From: an uncultured bacterium
GTDB lineage: Bacteria; Krumholzibacteriota; Krumholzibacteriia; JAJRXK01
Direction: 5' to 3'
DNA length: 64,000 nucleotides
Assembly (NCBI GenBank): GCA_964601275.1
Contig: CAZRMV010000001.1
Span: 343,834 to 407,833 of the forward strand
The translations under genes were made by a program, and so were the position numbers. The notes under the pieces are model-generated. The model saw only the letters and a program-made list of their open reading frames with translations. It was not told the origin of the DNA and did not search any database. Shown here piece by piece: positions 56,630 through 64,000 of the stretch (position 1 is the stretch's first letter; the number at the start of each line of letters is the position of its first letter).

Positions 56630-58356
56630 GTCTGCGGCTTCGATGGACCCTGGTCCTCTCGGCGGGTGCACTCCTGCTGTTGGGGGTGACCGGCGGGTTC
56701 ATCCTGCACCAGGCGCAACAGATCGAGCGGGAAAGCGACACAGCCTGGAGGAACGAGCGCGCCGGCGCGTTGCAGGAGGGACTTCGGCAATGGTCCCGGG
56801 TCACGGCGGCCGCCCTGGACGACCTGGTCGGATCTCCGCGCTTCGGCGCGTTCCTGCGGCAAGCGGTCCCACAGGAAGACGAAGGGCGGCGTGAGGTGGT
56901 GCTCTGGGCCGAGCGTTTCGCTCCCCGTTTCGGACTCGAGCTGTTGATCGTTCTGGACGAGGACGGAAGGATCCTCAGCCAGGTGCCCGGCCCCGAGGCC
57001 CACGGGATCGTCCATCCCCATTTTCCGTGGTTCACCCGGGCGGCCCCCGGCGGCCCGGAGAGCGGGGTCGCCGTCTGGCCCGGCTGGGTTCGAAGAACGG
57101 ATTCTGCGCCCACGCTTGAACGGCCGTGGTGGGTGGGGACGATCCGCCGGGTTCGACCGGCCGGCGAACGCTCGATCTGGGTCGTGGGGGCCCGGGAACT
57201 CTCCCGGTCGGTGCAAGTCGATCTGGCCGCCCGCGCCGGCCTGGAACGGCTGGAGATGGGACTGGAGGTGGGTGGGCTCCAAGTGGCGCCTCTACCCCCG
57301 GACTGGCGCGCGATGGAGCCTCTTCCCCTGGTCTTCGATCCCGGCCCGTCCCCGGCGGCCGGGGTCCTGCGAGATCTGCGGGCGCGCCTGTCGCGGCGAC
57401 TTGCGCTGGGAGCGGTCCTCGTGCTCCTCTTGACTCCCTGGGTGGCGGCCGGATTGACCCGGCCGGTGCGTCGGCTGCAGGACGCGGTGAGCCGGATGCG
57501 GGCGGGAGAGCGTCGACTCGAGTTGAAGACCCGGGGCCCCCGTGAACTGCGGGAGCTGAGCGAGGCCCTGGTCCAGCTCTCCCAGGAGCTCGACGCGATC
57601 CAGGCCCGGGCGGAAGCCCAGCAGCGGCAAGCGGCGTGGGGTGGAATGGCGCGGCGAGTGGCCCACGAGCTCAAGAACGCGCTCAGTCCCCTCACCCTCG
57701 CCCTCGACAACGTGGAAACCGCGGCCCTTTCGGAACCGACCGAAGAGATGCGGGAGGATCTTCGCAAGAGCCTCGGGACCGCCCGCGAACAACTGGCGAG
57801 TCTCGACCGGCTGGTCCGTGGCTTCCGGGATTTCGCCCGCATGCCCCCCCTCGCGGTGGAGGAGGTCGACGCGCGGGCGCTGGCCGCTGCCGCGGTCGCC
57901 GCGGTCGAGACCGCCTTCGACCGCCACCGTTTCGTGGTGGAAGAGCGCTCCACCGTCGGAGCCATCGAGGCGGACGGAGAGCAGTTGCGCCGGGTGATGC
58001 AGAATCTCCTGCAGAACGCGGCCGAGGCGAGCCTGGAGGGAGTGGTGGAATTGACCCTGGGGGCCGGACCGGGACCGGGGCAATGGTGGTTCGCGGTCGG
58101 CGATCGTGGACCGGGTCTGCCCGAGGAGATCCGCCGCCATTGGGGCGAAGCGTACCGGACCACCAAGGCGGAAGGGACCGGCCTGGGCCTGGCGATCGCC
58201 CGGCAGGTGATCGAAGCGCATGGGGGACGTCTGGATGTACAGGACCGTCCTCGCGGAGGGCTCCTGGTGCGCGCCACCTTGCCGCGCAAGCAGCAAGCGA
58301 CAACCGTGTCCCGGCCGGCCTCGCCGCGGGACCCGCGAAGGGAGGATCGCCGATGA
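56626..58356 (+). CDS. sensor histidine kinase (TM, HAMP, HisKA of NtrB/AtoS type, HATPase_c)
   Basis: Two TM segments (N-terminal; second in [19 protein letters not shown]). H-box [14 protein letters not shown]; N-box [13 protein letters not shown]; G-boxes GDRGPGLP and [18 protein letters not shown]. Confidence 0.8.
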   Translation: MSLRLRWTLVLSAGALLLLGVTGGFILHQAQQIERESDTAWRNERAGALQEGLRQWSRVTAAALDDLVGSPRFGAFLRQAVPQEDEGRREVVLWAERFAPRFGLELLIVLDEDGRILSQVPGPEAHGIVHPHFPWFTRAAPGGPESGVAVWPGWVRRTDSAPTLERPWWVGTIRRVRPAGERSIWVVGARELSRSVQVDLAARAGLERLEMGLEVGGLQVAPLPPDWRAMEPLPLVFDPGPSPAAGVLRDLRARLSRRLALGAVLVLLLTPWVAAGLTRPVRRLQDAVSRMRAGERRLELKTRGPRELRELSEALVQLSQELDAIQARAEAQQRQAAWGGMARRVAHELKNALSPLTLALDNVETAALSEPTEEMREDLRKSLGTAREQLASLDRLVRGFRDFARMPPLAVEEVDARALAAAAVAAVETAFDRHRFVVEERSTVGAIEADGEQLRRVMQNLLQNAAEASLEGVVELTLGAGPGPGQWWFAVGDRGPGLPEEIRRHWGEAYRTTKAEGTGLGLAIARQVIEAHGGRLDVQDRPRGGLLVRATLPRKQQATTVSRPASPRDPRREDRR

Positions 58357-59702
58357 GCCCCCGGATCCTGGTGGTCGATGACGAGAGAAACATCCGCGTC
58401 ATGCTGGAGCAGATGCTGCGGCTGGCCCACTACGAGGTGGAGTGCGTAGGGACCGCCGAAGAAGCGCTGGAGCGCTGCCGGCAGGGGGGAGTGGACGCCC
58501 TGTTGCTGGACGTGCGTCTTCCCGGGATGGATGGGCTCGGTCTGTTGAAGGCCCTGTTGGCCGAGGATCCCCGCCTGGCCGTGGTGATGATGAGTGGACA
58601 CGGCACCATCGAGACCGCGGTGGAGGCGGTGCGCGCGGGCGCCCTCGATTTCCTGGAGAAACCGCTCACCCGGGACAAGACCCTCCTGACCCTTGAGAGC
58701 GCGTTGCGCCGGGGAGAACTCGAACGGGAGAACCGGCGCCTCAAGGAAAAGGGTTTCCGGCACGAGTTGCTCGGTGATTCGAAGGTGATGGCCGCGCTCC
58801 GGGAACAGATCGCCAAGGTTGCGCCGACCACCGCGCGGGTTCTCATCGAAGGGGAGAGCGGAACCGGCAAGGAGCTCGTCGCGCGGGCGATCCATCAGCA
58901 GAGCCCGCGCGCCAAACGCCCCTTCCTCGCGGTGAACTGCGCGGCCATCCCGGGTGAACTCATCGAGAGCGAACTCTTCGGCCACGTACGGGGCGCGTTC
59001 ACCGGGGCGACGACCGCGCGAAGCGGGGTCTTCGAGGAAGCCGACGGCGGCACGCTCTTCCTCGACGAGATCGGGGACATGCCCTTGCCGATGCAGGCGA
59101 AGCTGCTGCGGGTTCTCGAGTCCTCCCGCTTCGCCCGGGTCGGGAGCACCCGGGAGCTGACCGTCGACGTGCGGGTGATCGCCGCGACCCACCACGACCT
59201 GCCCGGGGAGGTCCGCAAGGGAAACTTCCGCGAGGATCTCTACCATCGTCTCAAGGTGGTGCCCCTGCGCGTTCCGCCCCTGCGGGAGCGGGAAGGAGAT
59301 ATCGTGCAGTTGGCGCGGCACTTCCTGCGCCTGGAATGCGCGCGCCAGAAGAGTCCTCCCCGCAGCTTCACCCCCGCAGCGCTCCGCGCCCTGCAGGCCT
59401 ACCGGTGGCCGGGGAACGTCCGGGAACTCCGCAATCTCATCGAGCGCCTGGTCATCCTGGGCTCCCACGAAGACATCGGGCGGGACGAGGTGGGTGCCGC
59501 CCTGGCCGGCGCGGGGGAGAGCGAGGTGGTAGCGGACCTGAAGAGCGCGGTCGAGAAGGCCGAGCGGGAAGCGATCGGGGCGGCCCTGCGGGCCAGCGGG
59601 GGCAACGTGAGCAAGGCCGCCCGACGTCTGGGACTCGAACGCAGTCACCTCTACAAGAAGGCCCGGGCGCTGGGCATCCCCCTGCGCGAGGACGAAGCCT
59701 GA
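58353..59702 (+). CDS. sigma-54-dependent response regulator (NtrC family: REC, AAA+ sigma54-activator, Fis-type HTH)
   Basis: Start [11 protein letters not shown] overlaps the HK stop (ATGA). REC D in [12 protein letters not shown]. Walker A GESGTGKE; GAFTGA motif in VRGAFTGA; ESELFGH; C-terminal [29 protein letters not shown]. Confidence 0.9.
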   Translation: MSPRILVVDDERNIRVMLEQMLRLAHYEVECVGTAEEALERCRQGGVDALLLDVRLPGMDGLGLLKALLAEDPRLAVVMMSGHGTIETAVEAVRAGALDFLEKPLTRDKTLLTLESALRRGELERENRRLKEKGFRHELLGDSKVMAALREQIAKVAPTTARVLIEGESGTGKELVARAIHQQSPRAKRPFLAVNCAAIPGELIESELFGHVRGAFTGATTARSGVFEEADGGTLFLDEIGDMPLPMQAKLLRVLESSRFARVGSTRELTVDVRVIAATHHDLPGEVRKGNFREDLYHRLKVVPLRVPPLREREGDIVQLARHFLRLECARQKSPPRSFTPAALRALQAYRWPGNVRELRNLIERLVILGSHEDIGRDEVGAALAGAGESEVVADLKSAVEKAEREAIGAALRASGGNVSKAARRLGLERSHLYKKARALGIPLREDEA

Positions 59703-59760
59703 GGGCGCATTGGCTGCCGGCCACGGCCGGCGCGAAGAGAAGCTCGGCTCCTCGGGAGCG

Positions 59761-59788
59761 GAAACTGTGTCCGCAGGGACACGGTTTC
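59761..59788 (+). terminator. GC-rich hairpin (12-bp stem, GCAG loop) 59 nt after the response-regulator gene; candidate terminator or operator
   Basis: GAAACTGTGTCC-GCAG-GGACACGGTTTC, one G-U wobble; no U-tract follows. Confidence 0.35.
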
Positions 59789-59924
59789 GAGGGCGCCGGT
59801 TTTCTCGCAATTCGTGGAACCTTCCAGATCACAATGGGTTGCCGGATTCCTTCCGCCTGGAACGCCGCGTGCGGTGGGACGGGGCATCGAAGCCATCCCC
59901 GTTCCCTTGCGAAAGGATCCGATC

Positions 59925-60902
59925 ATGAAGTGGTCTGTCGTCGCAATCTTGACCCTCGCCCTCTTCGTCTACGGTCTGTTGCTGGCCATCCATGCTTCCC
60001 GGGAGCCCGCTTCCGGGCCGGTTTCCGGTGCTGGACCTTCCGGGCCGATTTCCAGTGTCGCTTCCTCCGATTCCGGGTTCCATTCGGTCGCCGCCACCGA
60101 GGATTCCTCCGGCGCCGCGGGATCCGGCGGAACCGCACCTTTCCCGGTGGTCGTGGAGTCTTCCCGACAGCCCTGGGCCGACGGGTGCCGGCTCTACGAG
60201 GAGGGGCGCTTCGACGAAGCCCTCGAGTCCCTGCGGAACGCGGTGCGCCAGGCGCCGGAGCGAGCGGGACGACATGAGCTTCTCGGGCGCTGCGCCCTGC
60301 GGACGGGCGACCCGCAGCTCGCCGTCGATGAGCTGGAACGCGCCGTGGAACTCGATCCCACCCGCCGCCGCGCCTGGTCCGGGCTGGGACGCGCCTACCT
60401 GGCCCTCAAGGACCTGGAGGCGGCCCGGGAGGCGGTGGACATGGCCCTGGAGATCGATCTCGGCTTCGCCGACGCCTGGGAGGTGCTCGGTCTCCTCGAG
60501 ACGGACGCGGGCAAGCTGGAGGCGGCCACGGCGGCCTTTTCCCGGGCGGTCCAGCTGGATCCGCGGTTTGCGTGGGCCTGGAACAACCTGGGATATGTCC
60601 AGATCCTGAGGGGCCGGTTCGCCGAGGCGGTGCGGCCCCTGAGCGAGGCGGCCGGCCTGCGGCCCGCCGAAGCCGTCTTCCAGAACAACCTGGGGGTCGC
60701 CCTCGAGCGGACCGGGGAGTTGGTCGAAGCGGAGCGGGCCTATGCCCGGGCCGCCGAGGCGGGACACCCCACCGCTCCGGCCAGCGCCCAGCGGGTGGAG
60801 GAGAGGATCCTGGCCCACGGGGGTCCAGCGCACCGGGATTCCCTGGCGGCGGTGCTTCCCCATCCGACCCAGGTGGCGGTGTCGGACAGTACCCGCTGGT
60901 GA
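59925..60902 (+). CDS. tetratricopeptide-repeat (TPR) protein with N-terminal membrane anchor/signal
   Basis: Start MKWSVVAILTLALFVYGLLLAIHA within ORF 59814..60902. A low-complexity S/G linker, then at least five TPR units (A/L/Y periodicity, e.g. AWSGLGRAYLALKDLEAAREAVDMALEID, AWEVLGLLETDAGKLEAATAAFSRAVQLDP, AWNNLGYVQILRGRFAEA). Confidence 0.7.
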   Translation: MKWSVVAILTLALFVYGLLLAIHASREPASGPVSGAGPSGPISSVASSDSGFHSVAATEDSSGAAGSGGTAPFPVVVESSRQPWADGCRLYEEGRFDEALESLRNAVRQAPERAGRHELLGRCALRTGDPQLAVDELERAVELDPTRRRAWSGLGRAYLALKDLEAAREAVDMALEIDLGFADAWEVLGLLETDAGKLEAATAAFSRAVQLDPRFAWAWNNLGYVQILRGRFAEAVRPLSEAAGLRPAEAVFQNNLGVALERTGELVEAERAYARAAEAGHPTAPASAQRVEERILAHGGPAHRDSLAAVLPHPTQVAVSDSTRW

Positions 60903-60933
60903 GCCGCCTCCGGTCGGTGGCCTCTCTCGATGG

Positions 60934-60977
60934 CCCGTTCCCTCATTCCCACCGGATGAAGTCCATGAGGGAACGGG
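60934..60977 (+). terminator. intrinsic-terminator-like hairpin after the TPR gene (13-bp perfect stem)
   Basis: CCCGTTCCCTCAT N18 ATGAGGGAACGGG followed by TCTTGCACATTCTCTCC; begins ~30 nt after the stop codon. Confidence 0.5.
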
Positions 60978-61091
60978 TCTTGCACATTCTCTCCCCGGTG
61001 CGCCGGAACGGGGGGAAACCGGCGCCGAAATGGCTCCTCAACGACCACCTTTTCCCGGCATGGCGGCCAGAAACCGCTCGGCTCCACAACC

Positions 61092-61844
61092 ATGATGCTG
61101 CTCCTGGAATCTCTCGATCCTTCCCAACGTTCCGCGTCGTTCCGTGCGGTTTCCGGCAGCTCGCTGGAGGTGCGGGAGGAATTCGCCCGGATCGCCGAAG
61201 TCGCCGCGGGTCTGGGCTACCGGGACCTCCTGCTTCATTTCGCGACCTCATCGAGCGGGATCACCCAACTCCAGGCCTACGTGGGCCCCGAGCGCCGGTC
61301 GCATCGCCGGGGATGTCTGGGGGAATCGACCCTTCCGCTCGACGGCGGCCCCCTCGCGGTCGCCACCCTGCCGCGCATCGTCCTGGCCAGCCAACTGGAG
61401 GAGAGTCATCCCCGCTACCAGTTGGATCTGGAAGCGTCCACGGAGAGCACGACGCTGCTGGACGAGGCACTCCGCCTGCTCCTGGCGACCTGGGGAGACG
61501 AGAGCGAGGCTCTGCTGCAGTTGCGGACCGCGCTGTTCGAGATCGGATCCCACCTGCTCGATCATGCGGAGAGTCTGAAGTCGCGCGCCGGGGCGGCCGT
61601 CGCCGACACCCTCCAACTGGTCGTGCGCTTCAGCGACGAAGGGATCCAGGGCTGGTTCCATGACGACGGACCTCCCTTCGACCCCTCGTCGGAAAACGGG
61701 GTGCACCTGCACGACGAGATCATCGCCCGGCGCTTCCATGCCGGGGACGCACCGGGTTGGTTCTGCGGACTTCTCGACGAGTACGAACACGCCCTCGAGC
61801 CTGACGGCAACCGGATCGGGTTCCACAAGAAGGTGGGACGATGA
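61092..61844 (+). CDS. hypothetical protein with C-terminal GHKL/HATPase_c_2-like (RsbW/SpoIIAB-type anti-sigma kinase-like) domain
   Basis: 250 aa. The C-terminal half (LRTALFEIGSHLLDHAESLKSRAGAAVADTLQLVVRFSDEGIQGWFHDDGPPFDPS) fits the HATPase_c_2 pattern. The N-terminal half is unassigned. Its stop overlaps the next gene's ATG. Confidence 0.4.
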   Translation: MMLLLESLDPSQRSASFRAVSGSSLEVREEFARIAEVAAGLGYRDLLLHFATSSSGITQLQAYVGPERRSHRRGCLGESTLPLDGGPLAVATLPRIVLASQLEESHPRYQLDLEASTESTTLLDEALRLLLATWGDESEALLQLRTALFEIGSHLLDHAESLKSRAGAAVADTLQLVVRFSDEGIQGWFHDDGPPFDPSSENGVHLHDEIIARRFHAGDAPGWFCGLLDEYEHALEPDGNRIGFHKKVGR

Positions 61845-63235
61845 GCCGACTGTTGACCGGACACGATATGGAAGTCCGCCTCCAATTGCAGAGCCGGGCC
61901 TTCGAAGGGATCTTCGATCTCCTCCGATCGCTGGGCAGTACCCTCGAACTCGACAAGGTGGCCAAGCTGTCCCTCCTGACCGTGGTGGGGCAACTTCGGG
62001 TGGAGCGGGTCGCCCTGTACCTGCCCTCCGGAGGAAGATCCCGGTTTCGGCTGCTCAAGTCGGTCGGGGTGGAGGGAGTCGATCTGCCCGGATCGATCGA
62101 GAACACCGAGGCGATGGAGGCGGTCCTGAGCGCACAGGCGGGAACCGTGGACATCGATCCCTGGTGGGACATGCCCGAGGAGATCCGGCGTCAATTCGAA
62201 TACGCGGCCTATTTGCGCGACTCGAAGCGACCGGTGGCGCTTCTGCTCCTGGGGGGAAGGATTCCCGGGAATCGCTTGGACGAAAGCGAGGAAAGCCTGC
62301 TGTCGGCCATGGGTATGGTGATCGGGACGATGGTCCAACGCTCGCTCACCTACGAGCACATGCTGCGCGCGAAGTTGAAGATGGAGGAAGCCAACCAACT
62401 GCGCAAAGTCATCCTCGACCACGTCAGCCACGAGTTCAACACGCCCTTGATGGTCGCCAAGAGCGTCGTGGAACTGGCGCGGGACGCCGATCCGGAAAAA
62501 CAGAAGGAACTCTTCGACATGCACCAGGAAGCGGTGGACCGTCTCTCCGAGCTGGTGCAGTCGTTGCTCCGGGTCGCCGACGAGAGTGAAGACCCGGAGA
62601 ACCAGATCCCGGTGGAGCTTCTCTCCATGTCCCAACCGGTGTTCGTGGCCGATGTCATCAGCCCGCAACTCTACAAGCAGGACCTCAGCGGGTTCCACGT
62701 CGTCGAGGGCCATCTGCTCGAGCCGTCCACCTACGTGAAGATCGACCCGGCCAAGGTCAAGGCGGTGTTGGACGGGCTGTTGCTCAACGCCCGCCGCTTC
62801 GCCCGCGACGAGTATTCCTGGGCCGCGGTGCATTGTTACGCGACGTCGTATCAGTGGTGGACGGAGCGGCCGCAGATCGATCGTCTTCCCCTGTACCGGG
62901 AGATCCTCCACGGGAGCTCGGATCGCCAGATGTTGCCGCTCTTCCTCCCCGGGGAGAGCCCGCCTCCCGGCCCGCATCCTCCGCGGGACATGTGTGTGGT
63001 GGTCGAGGTCATCGACTCGGGGATCGGCATTCCCGAACCCGATCTGGAATCCATCTTCCAGCCCTTCGCGCAAGGCAGCAATTCGCCCCTGAAGGGAGTC
63101 CGGGGCGCTGGGATGGGGCTGGCGAGTTGCCGGAGGATGGTCAAGGAGATCCGCGGAGAGCTGGTGGTCAAGAGCAAGGAAGACGAAGGCAGCATCTTCG
63201 CCCTCCTGCTTCCCGCGTACTGGGAGAGCCCCTAG
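61841..63235 (+). CDS. GAF-domain sensor histidine kinase (GAF, HisKA, HATPase_c), cytoplasmic
   Basis: No TM segments. N-terminal GAF-like region (LELDKVAKLSLLTVVGQLRVERVALYL). H-box VILDHVSHEFNTPLMVAKS. HATPase motifs VEVIDSGIGIPEPDLESIFQPF and GAGMGLASCRRMV. Confidence 0.8.
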   Translation: MSRLLTGHDMEVRLQLQSRAFEGIFDLLRSLGSTLELDKVAKLSLLTVVGQLRVERVALYLPSGGRSRFRLLKSVGVEGVDLPGSIENTEAMEAVLSAQAGTVDIDPWWDMPEEIRRQFEYAAYLRDSKRPVALLLLGGRIPGNRLDESEESLLSAMGMVIGTMVQRSLTYEHMLRAKLKMEEANQLRKVILDHVSHEFNTPLMVAKSVVELARDADPEKQKELFDMHQEAVDRLSELVQSLLRVADESEDPENQIPVELLSMSQPVFVADVISPQLYKQDLSGFHVVEGHLLEPSTYVKIDPAKVKAVLDGLLLNARRFARDEYSWAAVHCYATSYQWWTERPQIDRLPLYREILHGSSDRQMLPLFLPGESPPPGPHPPRDMCVVVEVIDSGIGIPEPDLESIFQPFAQGSNSPLKGVRGAGMGLASCRRMVKEIRGELVVKSKEDEGSIFALLLPAYWESP

Positions 63236-63361
63236 GCTCTTCGTCGTTCCGGCCCCGGCCCTGGGGATCGGATGGATCTCCGCACTTCCGGCCCCTGAAG
63301 CCGGCTCGAACCCGGACCATTCCTTGTCAACCACCCCCGGGGCGGGCATCATGGCCGGGCC

Positions 63362-64000
63362 ATGACCGACGCCTCTTCACCTTGGTACCGCAAGCTGCAC
63401 AACCAGGTGCTGCTGTCCATGCTTGCCGGCGTGATCCTCGCGGTTCTCTTCGGGGAGGGCGCAATGCGCTGGACCGGCTGGATGGGCACCATCTTCATCC
63501 GCCTGTTGAAGATGGTGATCGTTCCGTTGATCCTGACCAGCATCGTTTCCGGGGTCGCGTCGGTGGGCGGGGGCAAGAGCCTGGGCCGCCTGGGATTGAA
63601 GACCCTCGTCTACTACCTGGTCACCAGCATGATCGCGGTCCTGACCGGCCTGGTCCTGGTGAACCTGTTCAAACCCGGGGTTGGGGCGAATCTGGCGGGG
63701 GCGGTCCAGGGGGAGCTACCGTCGTTGAGCACTCCGAACAGTCTCGCCGAGATCTTCCTGAGGATGATTCCCGAGAACCCCATCGCCGCGATGGCCCAGG
63801 GGGACATGCTGGCGGTCATCTTCTTCGCCATCGTCTGCGGTGTCGCCCTGGTACACCTGCCGAACGCCCGGCGCGAACCCCTGACCCGGCTGGTCGACGC
63901 CGGATTCGAATGGATGATGTCGATCACCTCCGGGGTCATCCGCCTGGCTCCACTGGGGGTCTTGGGACTCATCACCACCGCGGTGGCCACGTCCGGGCTC
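63362..64000 (+). CDS. dicarboxylate/amino-acid:cation symporter (DAACS; GltP/DctA/SstT-like), 5' part only (runs off the window)
   Basis: ATG at 63362 opens an uninterrupted frame to the window end; it is absent from the ORF track because it has no stop. MTDASSPWYRKLHNQVLLSMLAGVILAVLFGE..., IFIRLLKMVIVPLILTSIVSGVASVG and LKTLVYYLVTSMIAVLTGLVLVNLFKPG are typical of DAACS TM1-3. Confidence 0.8.
   Translation, partial: MTDASSPWYRKLHNQVLLSMLAGVILAVLFGEGAMRWTGWMGTIFIRLLKMVIVPLILTSIVSGVASVGGGKSLGRLGLKTLVYYLVTSMIAVLTGLVLVNLFKPGVGANLAGAVQGELPSLSTPNSLAEIFLRMIPENPIAAMAQGDMLAVIFFAIVCGVALVHLPNARREPLTRLVDAGFEWMMSITSGVIRLAPLGVLGLITTAVATSGL

Noticed and set aside
56514-59810. 1098-aa ORF on the minus strand, plus many other 300-960-aa ORFs in the track (e.g. 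21013..23445, 7073..9820, 38196..40796, 45302..47215, 48951..51281, 54245..56545, 29864..31741, 35397..37349, 4577..6346)
   Set aside because: They are antisense or alternate-frame to genes with clear family signatures. Their translations are low-complexity R/G/P/A-rich strings typical of stop-codon-poor GC-rich DNA, and they have no RBS or domain motifs.

Overview
This 64 kb window is very GC-rich (roughly 70%), densely coding chromosomal DNA. An outer-membrane beta-barrel protein, a TolB-like propeller, Tat and Sec signal peptides and an O-antigen ligase indicate a diderm bacterium. Frequent GTG/TTG starts and overlapping ATGA/GTGA gene junctions are also seen. The phylum cannot be assigned from sequence alone.

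I call about 50 protein genes. Most long ORFs in the six-frame track are GC-driven antisense or alternate-frame artefacts of these genes. I found no tRNA or rRNA genes, CRISPR arrays, transposases, integrases or phage genes, so the window looks like core chromosome rather than an accessory island.

The genes fall into these neighbourhoods:

- 1-12.5 kb: envelope and LPS-type genes (M14 carboxypeptidase, tRNA-dihydrouridine synthase, hexapeptide acetyltransferase, a GT-B-like protein, a truncated pyruvate-kinase-like barrel, an O-antigen ligase, gmhA, a SAM methyltransferase, a membrane sulfatase/PEtN-transferase-like protein, bcp).
- 12.6-17.5 kb: thioesterase; a periplasmic operon of a Tat-signal superoxide reductase plus an active/inactive M16 peptidase pair; an RluA-family pseudouridine synthase.
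- 17.5-27 kb: a noncanonical radical-SAM-like protein, an ALDH7-type aminoadipate-semialdehyde dehydrogenase, a thioredoxin-domain DUF255 protein, a TolB-like propeller, two coupled MDR dehydrogenases.
- 27-32 kb: a DTGSG-repeat DUF4097 protein and a four-gene coupled operon (two crotonases, a class-V aminotransferase, a D-2-hydroxyacid dehydrogenase).
- 32-49 kb: a glycoconjugate neighbourhood (two GT4, three GT-C-type membrane proteins, a DAGK-like lipid kinase) mixed with an S9A prolyl oligopeptidase, an Rrf2 regulator, an NlpC/P60 peptidase, an outer-membrane barrel, queF and a MarR regulator.
- 49-64 kb: a LytS-type sensor that appears to lack its phospho-acceptor His, a DUF1684 lipoprotein, a coupled operon of a GT2-periplasmic-domain fusion, a lipoprotein and an NtrB/NtrC sigma-54 two-component system, a TPR protein, an HATPase_c_2-like protein coupled to a GAF histidine kinase, and the start of a DAACS transporter.

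The most unusual candidate is the GT2-fusion/lipoprotein/sigma-54 TCS operon at 52.0-59.7 kb. The degenerate LytS-like sensor, the periplasmic SOR-M16 operon and the noncanonical radical-SAM-like protein follow. No defence-system or BGC hallmark was recognisable.

Start sites carry several nucleotides of uncertainty in places, because the genome is GC-rich and I could not run a gene finder.
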